A stretch of DNA of 64,000 bases from Balamuthia mandrillaris (GCA_031835245.2 JAVKOQ020000037.1:62001-126000), one strand, 5' to 3'. Counted from the stretch's first letter, positions 40,420 through 55,326 are shown. Numbers and translations: made by a program. Notes: generated by a model from the sequence alone, not told the origin.

Positions 40420-42857
40420 ATGACGGGCCTTCCACCGAGGGACACACTGTTCAGCCTGCGGATAGTGAGCATGGACTACTACATGGCCAAACCGGTGGAA
40501 GGCTTGGATATCGCCTACTCCTCCTTCAACGGCTGTGCCGTCCACCGAGCGCCAGTCTTGCGGATCTTTGGCTCGACCCCCGCTGGACAGAAAGCCTGCC
40601 TCCATTTGCACAAGGTTCCATCATCTGCACTTTCTTCTTCCTTGCTCTCGCTATTTTCCTTGTTCCATTTCCCCTCCAACAAAACAGACTAACAAAAACT
40701 CAAAGACCTTTCCTTACTTTTATGTTCCTATCGACGGCGACATCTCTTTGGAACAAGAGCAAGGTCTGCATGCACGCTTTTCTCTTTTTTTTTCCCACTC
40801 TTTTCGGTTTCATCTTTCTCCTTCTTCCCTTCTCTTTTTGTCTTCACTCTTCTGCCTTCACTTCTTTGTTTCGCTTCGTCGTTCTCTTTTCTCTTCTCTC
40901 ATCTCTCATCTCTCTTCTCTCATCTCTCATCGCTCATCTCTCATCTCTCATCTCTCATCTCTCTTCTCTCTTCTCTCTTTCTTTCGTTGATGCTGAAAGA
41001 AATTATGGTGTAAAAACAAGTGGATGCCTTTGTACATAAGCTTGCGGTGAGCATAGACAGAGCGATGGACTTGGCGTTGGGCTCCAGGCAGTACACGCAA
41101 GGACAGCACGTGTTTAGCATCTCTGTGGTGCGAGGCAAGCCCTTTTACGGCTTCCATGTCAGTCATACAATCTTCCTCAAGATATTTCTCTACAATCCCA
41201 AGTATCTCAGTCGGGTGGTGCGGCTACTCCGTAGCGGAGCCATCATGGGAAGAGTATTCCAGCCTTACGAGGTATGTTGCATCTTCTTCTTTCTTCTTCT
41301 TTTTTACTGGTATCTTCGTTATCCTCTTTACTTAAGTGTTTGCACATTCTCTTCATCGTTGTCCTCTCTTCTTCGTTTGGTTTGTTTGACTAGTTTTTCG
41401 CTTGCTTTTCATTTACCAATTAGTTTGACAGACTTTAAAAAATTGCTCTATCACTCCTATTAGGCGCACATTCCGTATCAATTACAAGTCTTTTTGGACA
41501 ACAATCTCTACGGCATGGGCTTTATCAACCTCTCTGATGTCCGTTTTCGGTTACCGCTGCCCAGGAGCAAGACACTTTCTTGGGATGGTGCTGTAGAATA
41601 CGATGATAGCAGTCGTTCTTCCGCTTCTCCTTCTTTTCCTACAGGTGATTTCTCATCCTCCTCTTTCTTCTTGCTTCTTCCTTCCTTCTTTCTTGCTTCC
41701 TTTCCATGTGGAACTGATGTTAAACAAATATCAATGAATCAGGAATTGGTGGCGGCTATAACGTCTTGACAAAACTATGGCTATCAAGCAACGTCGATGT
41801 TCGGCACATTTGCCAACATGTACAAAAACAGAGCACGTGCGAATTGGAGGTAGATGCCTCCATGGAAGACGTCATGAATAGAAAAGAACTCTTAAGTCCA
41901 CCCATAGACTTGGCATTCCACCAAGACAGTAAACTTGTTCGTTCTTTGGCTTGTATGTGGGAGGTACCTTTCTTTTCTTTCTGTAGTCTCTACCGAAGTT
42001 GTTCACACACTACAAATAGGAAAATGAACAACGTAAGATGGAAGAACGAGCAGCAAGACCAAAGAATGAGGACACGCCTCCCTACGTCTCTCCCGAACGG
42101 GCCATTGCGCTTCCAGAGACGCCTCTCCAAATAAAGGAAGCCATTCAAAAAATCATCAGCCAAGAGAGACCCTTGGCGCCCCAAAGCAACAACACCTCCA
42201 GCAGCAGTGGCAACACCACTTCTAGCAGTACCAGCGCTAGCGAACTCTCTAAGCCAAACAACAATACACATGGTCTTTCGTCCGGTATGCCGAGTTGTTC
42301 AACAAACCGTCAACCACAAAGCGTTACGGAGTTAGAATCTCTCTTTGGCAAACTGACGCCGTCTCTTCTCTCCGCTGCCACTGCTTCTAAATCTACTGCC
42401 TCTTCTTCTGCTTCCACTGGTCAGAGTTTTGCCTATTTGGACTATCTTCCTTTGTCGAATGATGCTGAGGTTGTCTTGGAAAAGACTCCTTTTTATGGAT
42501 TGGGCAAGAACAAGGAACGTGGCGGAGGTACTGCAGCTTCCACGGCAACGCTCCAACCACCAACTCCACAGGAAGATTTCTCCACTGCAGCGGAACGGAT
42601 TGAACAAAAGGAGAACACCTACATCACTTTTTCACAGCAACACAACTCTTTCATCTGCACTCCTCTTCCTGGCCCTGAGATCAACGAAGAGCTCGTTCTC
42701 TCGCAGGCTTCGGATGTTGAGGCAGGTGACATTCTCGACTGGATGCAAGACCATTCTGACTTTTCGGATCATGATGACGATGACGAAGATGAGGAATCAA
42801 GCTCACAACAAGAATGCAACGATATCTTGTTAGTTTCGCTACTCATCCCACCCATCC

Positions 42858-42892
<35 letters not shown>

Positions 42893-45800
42893 ATGAATTC
42901 TCTTCTAATATCAAATTTCTACCACAAAGGGAAGCATCACAGACACTCAACTCCAAGTTTGGAGTTGAGTTGTTGGCAAAGTCAGCTGCTTTGTTAAAAG
43001 AAGCTCAAGAGAACGCCAAAGCCGCACGTAGAGTTTACGAAGAAGAAATGGAGCTGTCTTCTTTGTCCCTTGGCAGCTCCAATCAACAGAGCAACAAGCT
43101 TTTGGGAGAACAAACCAATCAACGCAAAGAAAAAGAAAAGGAGAAAGATATGAATCAAGTGGAAATGAACGACTCTTTCATAGAGTGGCTTCAGAACATT
43201 CCACAATTCGATGGAACCGGCGATGATGATGACTCTTCTTCTCCACCACATCTTCACCAAGTTCCACCAACCAACTATCGTAGTACCAAAGGGCTAAAGA
43301 CCATGGGAGTGGATGCACCCAAGCGAAGCGAGATAAGAACACCACCTACAGTGAAGCATAAGTCTGAGCTTACCAAACTTAGCCGGTATTGCTCCATCTT
43401 CCACGGTAAACCTTCATCTACGAAAACAACAAACGATCAGGAAGGCGAAGGAGGCGGAGGCAAAGGCGATAGATCCTCCAAAAGAGGAGCCAATGATAGA
43501 GTAAAATCAAAGTCAAAGAAGCACTCCAAGAGGCATCCATCAGAAGGGGATAAGCGAAGACATTCTTCCACTCGAAAATCTGGCACTGATGATGTCGGTG
43601 ATGAGCTTAGAGAGAGAGACAAACGGTCGTCTCATTCGAAGCGTCGGTCTCGATCTCATCCTCGTCCATCAGCAAAAGATTCTGCGCAGTCATCCAAGAA
43701 ACATCGCTCTCGCTCGCGAGAAAAAACTTCCAAAAAAGCCAGACGAGAGCCGAGCATTCCTCGTCGCACCAACATTCTCTCTATCCGTAAAGATCCTCCT
43801 CTACCTCCTCCTCAAAACAAAAACGAAACAGCAAATCTATCATTGATACCGCAACAAACAAGCCACGTTGAATCAAACCATCAAACAAATGTCGCAAACA
43901 ATAACGACGCTACCAACAAAGAGGAAGATGACATGCAAATCGTTATCGCGCCTGCTTCCGTTCAGCAAGGCGCTCTGATGACTCTTGCTCCATCCACACC
44001 ACCCTTGCACAGAACGTATCATCGTGATGAGATGGCAACACTGCATCTGGGAGCAGACGAAGAGGCTCTTTCGTTCATACCTCAAAGCATTCTAACTTCC
44101 GATGGATCTGCTGCGGGTCCAAAGCGGGTTCCTGAATCGCCTCTATCTCGCGTCATACCAACCTTCGAAAGGGGAACTCGAGATTTACTTCGCCCGCCAC
44201 CCACGCGGCAAATGGCTTTGTTCCAGGAAGCAACCAACACTCCTCACCTTACATCGTCTTCTCCTTCTTCTTCGGCTTCCTCATCTTCATCCTCCGCCGG
44301 TGTCGTCGTAGTTGTGGAGCGTTCGCCTCCAAAACCACCGCCTCCATCCTCGGCCTCGCTTGTCAAATCTTCCTTAGCAGACACAGTGATTGTGCCAGAA
44401 ACGCAACAGGATGTGTCATCTGTTGCTGGTGTCGACCTCTTACACCCTTCCTCTATCGTCAGGGCGGAAGAACCGATGGAAGTAGGCGCACAAGCAGAAT
44501 TCCAAGCTCAGAGTAAGACGCTTCAACAACAGAAGCGGAAGCGCGATGCGGAAGTTACTACTAACTCAACGACCACTGCGAGACAGCAACAACCACACAA
44601 GTCTAAACAACAAAAGAAACAGAAACCAGAAACGCAAACCGAAACTAACAACAAAGAACGGCAAAAGAAAAACGAAAGAGAAGAAGCAAATCTACAACGA
44701 ACCGAAAGATACGAGAGGGATGAACGTCAACAGGTTGAACGAGTGGTGGCAGCAACTCCAGAACAACACCAAACATCAGTTGTTATGACAGAGAGACCTC
44801 CTCCACACCCCAACTTGATCGTGTTGGAATCGCCACCAGACTCTCCTCTGCCACATTGGGAATATCACGATGATGTCAGTATCACCCCCGAAACAATGCA
44901 TCGAAACGAGATGAATCTCAAAGAAGGTCTTGGTCACCGCGACGACCACTCCACTTTCGCATTGTGGAGTGCTCGTGCTTCACCATCGGTGGTGGACTTT
45001 ATTCCTCAAAAAAGGGGCAAACTGCAGCCTCTGATTCGACCTTCCACTGCGACTGAGTTGCTCCGCTTCTCTTCTCCCGGTGTTGTTGGCCTTCCCGCTA
45101 TGACTTCATCCTCCTTTGTTCTCAACAAAGAGCCGCTGCATGTTGTAAAAACGATGGTGATAGATGAAGCAGATCCTCTTCTTCATCCTACTTTGACGGC
45201 TAGACCAAAACGCGACGCTATGGAAGATAGCCATAAGAAGGATGAGCACCGTGAAAGTGAAAGCTCGCTTGGTAACGATGCTTCCTTACGTTTCTCTCCC
45301 GTCTACCTTTCTTCGGCACCCATCACTGGGGTTGAAAACGCCAGTTCATCTTTTGAGGAGAAAACACCGCCTACCCCTTTGATGGCTTTGTCGTCCTCAT
45401 CATCGTCTTTGGCAAAGAGATACTCCTTCAAATATAACAAAGAGCCTCCCTCTGCCTCTTCTGTGGAGGACTGGATGCAGCATAGCAAAGGCCCTCTGTT
45501 TGAATATCCCGAACCCTTCTATTCCAATGCAAAGGACGCACCACAAACAGCAAAGGTAAAGTTCAAGATCACGCTCTTCTGTTTGTTTTATCACCAATTC
45601 ATTTTTCGTAACCAAGGTATTTGCGGGTGTGGCTTTCCGGGTTCCCACTGTGGATCTATCCTCTGTACAAGAGTTTGATACAAGGCAAATCCGAACTATT
45701 GCAGGGCGTCAGCATAAGAACCTCAAGTCATTTCTTGCAATTGCCACAGTGGAAAAAGAGAAGCGACAACAACGGAACCAACACCTCTACACTCCTGCGC

Positions 45801-48800
45801 TTCCTCCTCCTTCACGTGTAGAGGTGGAGAGATGGCTGCTGAAGAATGCACCGCGTCGTTCTCTTGCAGGAACCCTTACGGCGGATGAAGAGCACGCTCT
45901 CGCTGAAGGCACCGTGTATCATCCCCCTCCTCCAAACGCGTCTCACCAGAACAACTCCAAAACAACAAAAACATGGAAATATCTGAAGCCTGTTGAAGGA
46001 CAAAGCGATAAGTTTGTAGCTATCCCTGCCGCAACAACAGACTTGGAAAAAGCAGCAACCACAATGTTACCTCCGCCACCGAAACAAGAGGCGTCGCAAA
46101 AAGATGGGAGACGATCAATGGCGACCCCTTCGGTTTTGCCAGAGGATCAATCACAGCTGGAAGGAGCAACGCCTGCCAACACTGCCGACCGTTTTGGATT
46201 CGCTGTGCCGATGGGATTTGTGCAGCCTCGTCGGCAACAATATGCTGCCCTTAAAAAGAAATCACTGCCTTCTTCTCTGTCCATTCATGGTCAGCAGCAC
46301 GTGCATCTCATTAGTATCGAAGTTCATAGTCTGTATTCCTTCTTTCTTCTTCTCTTTCTGTTGGCACAGAAAACTAAGATGAGCTCTTCTATTCATTTCT
46401 CTCAGCAAATTCAAGGGCCGACCTCAAACCGAATCCTGCTTTTGATTCCATCAATGCAATATTCTACTGCATCCGCGATGATGGCGATTTACTCTACAAG
46501 TACGTTTACGTTGTGTTAGATATGTGTTTGTTGGATGAATATGATAGCTAACGTTTATGCGTTATCGCAGTGACTTGCTGGGTGTGTTAGTTTACAGTCC
46601 TGAAGATTCTTTATTTTCGAACCATGGCTTAGGTAATTTTTTGACTTCTTCACGTTCTTCTCTTTATCCTTCTCTTTATCCTTCTTTTCTGCGTTAACAA
46701 CGCCCGATGAAGACTGCAGAATTGATGTATTCAACGAGGAAGAAGCATTGTTGAACGCGTTTGTTAAGCTGGTACGAAGATTTGATCCCGACATACTGGT
46801 TGGCTACGAAGTACAAGCCCGCTCTCTTGGCTACCTCATAGAACGTGCCAATACTTTAAGTAAGTGTCTCTTCTCTCTCTTTTCTCTCTCTCTCTCTCTG
46901 CTCTTGGCTGTTGTTTGACAAAACAAAACAAAAAGAAATCAATCTTTGCAAAGAACTTTCTAGAATACAGATTAACTCGGGGGAAGACCACTTTGCCAAA
47001 CAACGGGACGATTGGGGATTTACTCATGGCTCCGGTATCAACATAACTGGCCGCATTATCCTGAATGTATGGCGAATCCTTCGTTCAGAGGTAAAACTCA
47101 ACAATTATAGCTTTGAGAATACTGTCTACCACGTCTTACACAAAAGGTTTTATCTAGACTATTTCTCACTCTTCATTCTTCATTCTTCTCATTGATACTG
47201 CATTGTTCATTTCAACAGAGTACCACACTATCCGGACAGCGCATTGACGAACTGGTATAATAATGGCATAGCCACACGGTGGCGAACGTTGCAATACTGG
47301 TTAGAGAGAGTGCAACTGAATTTGCAGATGCTGCATCAGCTCGATATCATCGGAAGAACCAGTGAGTTGGCACGTGTATTTGGGGTTGATTTCTTTTCGG
47401 TGCTCTCTCGTGGTTCTCAGTACAGAGTGGAGTCCATGGTCTTGCGCTTGACCAAGGCACAAAATTACATTCTCATATCGCCCAGCAAAGCTCAGGTATT
47501 AAGCTTCTCTTTCTCTCTTTGATTTCCTGCTTTTCTCACCTCTATTCTTTCTCAATGAAATGAACAGGTGGCACAACAAAATGCCCCAGAATGTCTTCCG
47601 TTGGTGATGGAGCCCATTTCAAAGCTACACACGAGTCCGGTCATCGTGTTGGACTTTCAGTCTCTCTACCCGTCCATTGTCATCGCCTACAACTATTGTT
47701 ATTCCACCTGCCTGGGCCGCGTTACCGATAGCAGCTGTGCCCCAGGAGCCAAGGCCAAAGTTTTTGGAACATCGACCTTGCATTTGCCTGCTGGTCTTTT
47801 GGGATACCTTCAACACCAAATCTTTGGTACTGTTTCGTGTCTTCCTTGTTTATGTTGACTTCCAGAATCTCTCGCTCTTTCTCACATATCCGTTTTGATG
47901 TGTAGTTTCGCCAAATGAAGTGATGTATGTGAAAAAAGAAGTTCGCGAAGGAGTTCTTCCTCGTTTATTGCGAGAGATTCTTGAAACCAGAATCATGATA
48001 AAAGGGGCCATGAAGAAAGCCAAGAAAGATCCGGTAAGCAATCCTTTTCTTTCTTTCTTGCTTTCTCTCTTTCTTGCTTTCTTTCTTTGTCTTTTTTTCA
48101 TTTTCGTTTGAAGATAAACTGATTTTTCTTATGTAACATATAGACCCTCTACAAGAGATTAGATTCACAACAGTTTGGATTAAAGATGATAGCCAACGTG
48201 ACTTATGGATATACCTCTGCAAGCTTCTCAGGGCGTATGCCATGCGTGGAACTGGCGGATAGCATTGTGCAAACCGGAAGAGAAACGTTGGAACGAGCCA
48301 TTCGCATGGTCGAAAGCAATCCTGACTGGAATGCGAGAGTTATTTACGGAGATACTGATAGGTTTGACTTTCCTCCTTATTCTTTCTTTGCTTGTTCGTT
48401 TCTTTTCTTTCGATCCTGTTTTCTTTTTTGCATTTGTTTTCGTTGTCTGAATTTGTTATTCAAAGCATGTTTGTGATGTTGCCCGGAGCCACCAAACAAG
48501 CGGCCTTCCGCATAGGCAAAGAAATAGCAGCGGCAGTGACAGCCAGCAATCCTAAACCCATCAAGCTTCAAATGGAGAAAGTCTACTTCCCTTGTGTTCT
48601 CATGACCAAGAAACGATACTGCGGTTACAAGTACGAGACCGGAGAAGATGGAGAGGAACCTGTCTTTGAGGCCAAAGGCATCGAGACCGTTCGCAGAGAC
48701 ACCTGTCCGGCTGTGTCCAAGTTGCTCGAAAAATCTCTGCGGATAATTCGAGGACCGAGATCTCTCTCGCGTCAAACTGTACTTGCAACGACAGTGGACA

Positions 48801-49602
48801 AAGATCCTGACGGGTAGAGTCTCGCTTCAGGACTTTGTCTTCAGCAAGGAGGTTCGTCTGGGGACGTACAGCTCCAAGACGGCCCCTCCTCCCGCTGCTC
48901 TCGTTTGTACGAAGAAAATGGCGCATGATCCGAGGGCAGAGCCAAGATACGGAGAGCGAGTGCCTTATGTGGTGGTTTGTGGCGGGCCGAAAGCGAGACT
49001 CATTGACATGGTTGTCTCTCCTCATGAGTTCATTCTCAACAGGTTTCGTTTTCTTGGGTCTTTCTGCGTTCATCTTTTATTTCAACTAACGACGCTCAAT
49101 AGGAATGATTATCGCTTGAACTCAGTATATTACATCACAAAACAAATCATACCTGCTCTCGCTCGTGCCTTCAACCTGGTCGGCGCCGATGTTCGTGGTT
49201 GGTACCTCGAAATGCCACGCAGCGTTCGGAACATCAAAACCAGCGTTGGCTATCACCTTCAACAAGACCAACAATCCAACAACCACGCAAACAAAGGAAT
49301 GCGCATCGATCAGTACTATCTCAGCAAACGTTGCGCTGTTTGTGATAAACTCACGCGCCCGAATGCTGCTCTCTGCCCGGACTGTCTTCGGGATGAACAA
49401 AGCTCGGCATTCATCCTGCAAACGCGGATCAGGTTCTTGGAGAGAGAGCATGCTCATCTGTTGAGCTTGTGCATGCATTGCTCCGGCATTCAGGATCCTT
49501 CCTCGATCGCTTGTGACTCTTTGGATTGTGCCGTCTTCTTCGAGCGGACCAAAGTCGGCAAGATGCTACAGTCGCATCACGCTCTTCGCGACTTGTTTTC
49601 AT

Positions 49603-49604
<2 letters not shown>
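40420..49604 (+). CDS. REV3: DNA polymerase zeta catalytic subunit (apparent frameshift at about 48746)
   Basis: RIFGSTPAGQKACLHLH, SRGSQYRVES, LDFQSLYPS, KMIANVTYGY, YGDTDS, KGIETVRRD, GERVPY, C-terminal CysA/CysB motifs. Confidence 0.95.
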
Positions 49605-49644
<40 letters not shown>

Positions 49645-49738
49645 ACTGTATATTTGTTCATAAGAAAGGTGCTGTAAAGGATGCCGAAAAACATATAATG
49701 AAAGAGAGAGAGAATAGCACGGAGGAATGAGAAAGAAA

Positions 49739-51322
49739 TCAAGATGAAGTCGAATTTTTACGCCATGATAAGCGATGATGTTTACGGAATGGTCGTTCGT
49801 CTTCTTCCTCCTGCTCTTGTTGTTGCGGTTCCACTTGTTGCCCTCGTCGCAGGGGAGCTGTTGCTTCGGAATCCGAACTTACCGGTGTTGATGAAGAATA
49901 AATTAAGCTCTTTTTGTGTCTTAGCCCTCTGTTATTGTTGCTCTCGGAGGAACTCAATACATCTTCGCTGGACGAAAAGTCCGAGGCCGAGGAACGCGCA
50001 TTCCACGCTTTAGCTCTCTTGATGCGTTTCTTGTTGGCTTTCTTCGTGAATGGGTCCACGTCATTTTGCAGGGAGAGAGAGGCGAGGCTGCTTGATATCT
50101 GGGATAGACCACTCTGTACCAGGTTGCGGCGCAAACTTTCTTGTTCTTCCACCGAAAAGCCGATGGAGAGTAGATATTCCCTGTTAGACGAGGACGGGTG
50201 AGAAAAAAGGAATGAGAAAAACTTGAGATTATAGGAGAAGGAACCTTGGTGAACCCCATATCTCGCTGATAAATTCCAACGTGCTCTCCATAACAGAACG
50301 AGGGGTACCATCAAACTCTTCTGACAGACCCTGTTGAGCATTCTCCTGGCGGACCAAGTGCTGCACTGGATGAAGCAGCTCCTCTGAGATGTGATAGTTA
50401 TGTATTATGTCTTCCTCATCCAGAAAGCATATTGACAATATCATCGCAGCAGCAAAACCCGTTCGGTCCTTTTGGAAAATTATGTAAGCTGCAGTAGCAA
50501 AGACCGAGGGGAGAGAGAGACCAACCTTTCCAGAAGAACAATGAAACATGATAGGATAATTACGCTCATCAGCACATAGACGCAAGAACCGAAGGATCTG
50601 TTCTGGCGCATGGATCAGCATCAGCTTGTTCAGACCAAAGAGGCCAAGGGGATTCATGGCCTCCTTCACGAACACTTCCTTCACGGTCTTGTTCTTGTTG
50701 GCGAGCGAACCCAGCATGGCCCATTTGGTCTTGCTGTCACTGCTCTCCCAGAACAGACCTTTCACTTTGAGCAATGTTGTGAAGAGAGGAATGTGATAGC
50801 GTTTGTAGGGCAGCACTCGTTCCTCCATCTCCTCCGCTCCTTCTGTGCCTGCTGCTTTCTGCAGTGCTCGTTGTTTTATCTTCATTTCTTCATCCTCTGA
50901 CTCAACTTTTGTGTTTTCCTCCTCCTCGTACGCATAATCATCTTCAATTTCCTGTTCTCCCTCTTCCGCTTCTTCTCCTTCAAACGAAGTGATCTCTCCT
51001 TTGATATTATTTCCGTTTTTCTTTTTCTCCTTTTTCTTTCTCTTGTCATCTTTATTTTTACCTTTAGCCTTCTTCTTGTCTTTCTCCTTCTTCTTTATCG
51101 TCGGATAAACAGCTTCCACCAACATATCGTTCGGATCTGCCTCTTTCTCTTCTTTTGTACGAAGATCGATGATGGTACGTATGCCGATCGTGTTCTTCCA
51201 ATATGCTAAAATGAGAGAAGCTTCTCCGGATGTCGCACTTCCTCGTGAGATACACCTTTAAAAAAAACGGGTTAGCGAGGGAGGAGAGGAATGGAGGGGA
51301 GGGAGGGAGGGAGGGAGGGAGG

Positions 51323-51362
<40 letters not shown>

Positions 51363-52135
51363 TTGAGAATGAAAGGAAGAAACACAGGACAAGGACAAGA
51401 CAAGAGCAACAACGACAACAAGAATAGGAACAATACGAACGCGCTACGAAAGATTCTGTTTTCATAGAGAGCGATAGGAGCTGAACGCTCGGTTACGGCA
51501 GTACTTAAATCTCTGAAATTATAAAGCACACCTTTGACCTGATGTTCTGACACTCGTTGAGGTAAGATTGACTTGAACAAAGCTATTTGCTCATCCATCT
51601 TATCTGCTTGAAGACCTCTGTTGCGACGCCATAACACACCGAAGAAAGTTGAGCAACACAAAGAAAAGAAAAAATCAATACGAGACGAAAGTGAAGGAGA
51701 GAAGAAAAAACAGGAGGAAACCGTACGGTTCTTTGCCTTTCTCATAGACAGGGCGTGGAGGGAAAACAAACGCGTCGTTGGTGGTGTGGCCTTGAGCGCT
51801 GCTCACTCGCTCCAATAGCATTTTGTAGTATTCCAGTTGCTCTTGTGTCGTTAAAAACTTGTGAATGGGCACTGCACAAATGGAGTCAGTGAATTGCTTT
51901 GGGACAAAGAAAAATAAACGAGGGGATGAAACATTACCATCCTCCATTTCTTGCACTTCTTTCAGAGCTTGCTGATGGACCAGATACGCTGCTGATGCTC
52001 CTCCACTGCCGATGCCAACCACCGCACCTACCTTTTATGATAAAAGGCATGCCAACAATTGTACGTAAGTTGGCAGAAACAGAAAGCAAGGCAGCCAACG
52101 CAACACATAAGAGAAAAGAGAATGATTGTGAGAGA

Positions 52136-52174
<39 letters not shown>

Positions 52175-53557
52175 CAAACCACACCGCCAACAAGAGCGCC
52201 GAGAGGAATAGTAACAGGAGCAAAAGGACCCCCAAGGAGCCCAACTCCAATGCCAACCCCAGCTCCAGCAAAGCCACCACCAGCTCCAGCCACCGCCATT
52301 TGTTTTCTGGCGATAAGTTTAGCTGGGACGTGTCTGTGTGGTTTCTTGTGTTTCTGTTTTGTGGGTTTGTCGGTCTGTTTGACCACTTGTAGTGCTTCTA
52401 CTTTCTTCGCGTCTTCGTCGTTCGAGTGGTGGTGATGCTTTTTCTTATGTTTCTTCTTTCCGCATTTGGCGGTGCATCCGAATGTTAACGGTTGAGAACG
52501 ACGAAGAGCTGCTATGTTGGCCACGAACCACCTGTTTGAATCCTTTGTGTTGTTTTTATGTTTGGTTTTAGTTGGTTGGGACAAACACAAGCAAGGGAAT
52601 AAGAGCACAATGAAGAGAAGAGAAGAGAAGAGAAGAGAAGAGAAGAGAAGAGAAGAGAAGAGAAGAGAAGAGAAGAGAAGAGAAGAGAAGAGAAGAGAAG
52701 AGAACGACGAAGAGAACGACGAAGAGAACGACGAAGAGAACGACGAAGAGAACGACGAAGAGAACGACGAAGAGAACGACGAAGAGAACGACGAAGAGAA
52801 CGACGAAGAGAAGAGATGAGGAAGTAACCAGGGAGAGAAGGAAGAACGAGAGAACGAGAGAAGTGCACGACAGAACGGGAGAGGCAGACAAGAGAAGCAA
52901 AGAAGGGCGAAGCATAGAGCGAAAAAAGAGAAGCGACAAAGAAGGGAAGCAAAAAACCTGAAAAGTTTTGCCAGAGCGGTGATAGATCCATCCTGCTTTT
53001 CTCAACATCTCTCCCAGCTGAACGGCAGCCTTTTGGTCCACCAGGCGGTTGAGCATGAGCCACTGCACGCAGTTCTTGCCCTTGAAGGAGTTCTCCCACC
53101 GATGCAGCCCCTTGTAGTGGCTCTTGAGAGGCAGCCCGCTCTTCGGGTCGAACAGCTGCAAGGCCAGTCGCTCCAACACGTCAAACGGCGCTACTTCTCC
53201 TTCTTTCTTTTCGTTGCTCTCATCTTTTTCTGCTTGTTCTTTTTTTTCTTCTTCTCGCTGGGCTTCTTCTTCTTCTCCTCCTCCTCCTCCTTCTTCCTTT
53301 GGTTCTTGTTCTTGTTCTTGTTCTTGTTCTTGTTCTTCTTCTTCTTCTTGTTCTTGTTCTTCTTCTTGTTCTTCTTCTTCTTCTTCTTCTTCTTCTTCTT
53401 CTTCTTCTTCTTCTTCTGCTTCTTGTATTTCTTCTGCTGCTGCTGTTGCTTTTTCTTCTTTTATTGAGGCGGAGCGCGGCTCAGCTTCTTCTCCCCCTCC
53501 TTCCTCTTCCTGGTGGACGGCTGCCCACTGGTAGGGTCCCTCCGCTGCTACCTCCAT
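49739..53557 (-). CDS. DEP-domain protein with glycine-zipper segment and tyrosine/serine phosphatase domain
   Basis: DEP-like NSFKGKNCVQWL...GEMLRKAGWI, GxxxG-rich segment, NFRDL, IRTIIDLRT, catalytic FHCSSGK|DRTG. Start uncertain. Confidence 0.82.
52614..52815. repeat. Intronic (AGAAG)n followed by (GAAGAGAACGAC)n tandem repeats
   Basis: Read directly. Confidence 0.92.
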
Positions 53558-53623
53558 AGGTTCTATCACCCTGTTGAATTATCCTCGCACTACGCGCGGT
53601 GCGTGTATGTTTGTATGTATTAT

Positions 53624-53656
<33 letters not shown>

Positions 53657-54330
53657 CTGCGTGCGCGCGCAAGCAAGAAAGAAAGAAAGAAGGTGGAGAG
53701 CGGGGGTGTGTGTGTGTGTGTGTGAATGTGCGTGTGGAGTTGCCGGCAAGTCTGAAGAAAATAAATAAAAAATGGGCGTCAGCGCCTACTCTCAGCACCC
53801 TACCGCCTTCTTCCCTCCTCGGCGGCTTTGTAAGTTGCTGGTGCGAGAGGAGGTATTCCATGAATTCCTGGCGATGAGATTGGTTGTTGTGTGTAACAGA
53901 GGGGCGGAAAAGAAACGGTAAGGGTCAAGGGGCGGCGAAAACATGTCCCTGCGCTGCCCTGCTGGACTTGGCGGGGTATTTTTAGTGTCGACAAGGACAG
54001 CCCCCAGTGCAAAACCGTTGCTTGCCCGCGTCGCGTTGAAAAGGGAGAAACACCCCTTTTTTAGCAGAATTGCAACTATTCGATTTTTTTTCAAAGATCG
54101 GCCAATCTATCGGAAAAATAGATAAGTTGGTGGTTGTTGTTAAGCAACGAAAAAAATTCAAACTTATCGTAAATTTTGTATCATTTTCCAACTTTTGCGA
54201 TAAAATATAAATTTTTGTAACATTTTTTAAAAGATTAATCTGTGTGTCCGTGACGACATGGTTGATATACCATGTCGACACGGACCAAAGCTTCAGAAGA
54301 AAAGCGCAAGCCAGCAGCTCACTGCTTGGG

Positions 54331-55025
54331 ATGAACCCCAAGAACTTTCAGTTGGCGGAGGGTTTGGTGGATGCCTCTTATGTGAGGCAGGCCATGGAGG
54401 CGCGCAAGCAGCGCGAGAACATGGTCACTACATTGCTCTCACAGGTGCTCTTCTCCTCCCTCCCTTCTCTTCTCTTCACGTCTGGTTTGCTTATCACGTG
54501 GCCTTTAAAATGGGGTGGTGGTGATGCTGTGGCGACGAACAGCGAAGAATGCCGGAGGATGGTTGGGACGACGCCTCCATAGAACTCTTCCTTCACGAGC
54601 TCTCGCTGATGGACAGCAACAACTTTGTAGGTAACCAACCATTACCTTCTCCTCCTTCTCTTCGTTCCACTGAAACGATCTATTCTGCTGCCGTTACTTC
54701 TTCTTGTTCTTCTTGTTCTTCTTCTTCTTGTTCTTCTTCTTCTTCTTGCTTCTCACACTTTTTCCTTGTTGCTTCGACAGAGAATGTGGGCGTTGGAGAG
54801 AGAGAAGCCAGGATAGCCAGCAGGCTGGTTGCTCAGCGGCATTACCGCTTTGGCCATGGGGTAGGGCGAAGCGGCGAGTTGGCTGCGGTACAACCCAAAG
54901 CTGCTGGCTCCTCCCTCATCGTCAGCCTTACCAATCATATGACTCTTGATGCTCTCAAACTTACTGGTATTGCTTCTCCTCTGTTCCTCTGCCTCTGCCC
55001 TCTTCTTTCCTCTCTCTCTCGCTCG

Positions 55026-55061
<36 letters not shown>

Positions 55062-55326
55062 CTCTCCTCTCTCGTTCACTCATTTCTTTCTCTCTATGAA
55101 CACAACTGGCGTTGTGACTGTGGTGGTGATGATGGTAAGGCCTGCATAACGTGAAAGCATGCTTAGTACTACCAATGGCAACAGGCATGAGTTTGGCACT
55201 TACGCTGTTGGCGTTGCGAGCAAAGAGACCTGCTTCAGCTAAATATGTGTTGTGGCCTCGCATCGACCAGAAAACGTGTTTCAAGTGTATTTTGACAACA
55301 GGTTTTTGTCAAATCTCTCTCGCTCG

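Noticed and set aside
52695..52810. Regular 12-nt repeats that could be mistaken for a CRISPR array
   Set aside because: Head-to-tail with no spacers, intronic, and no cas genes.
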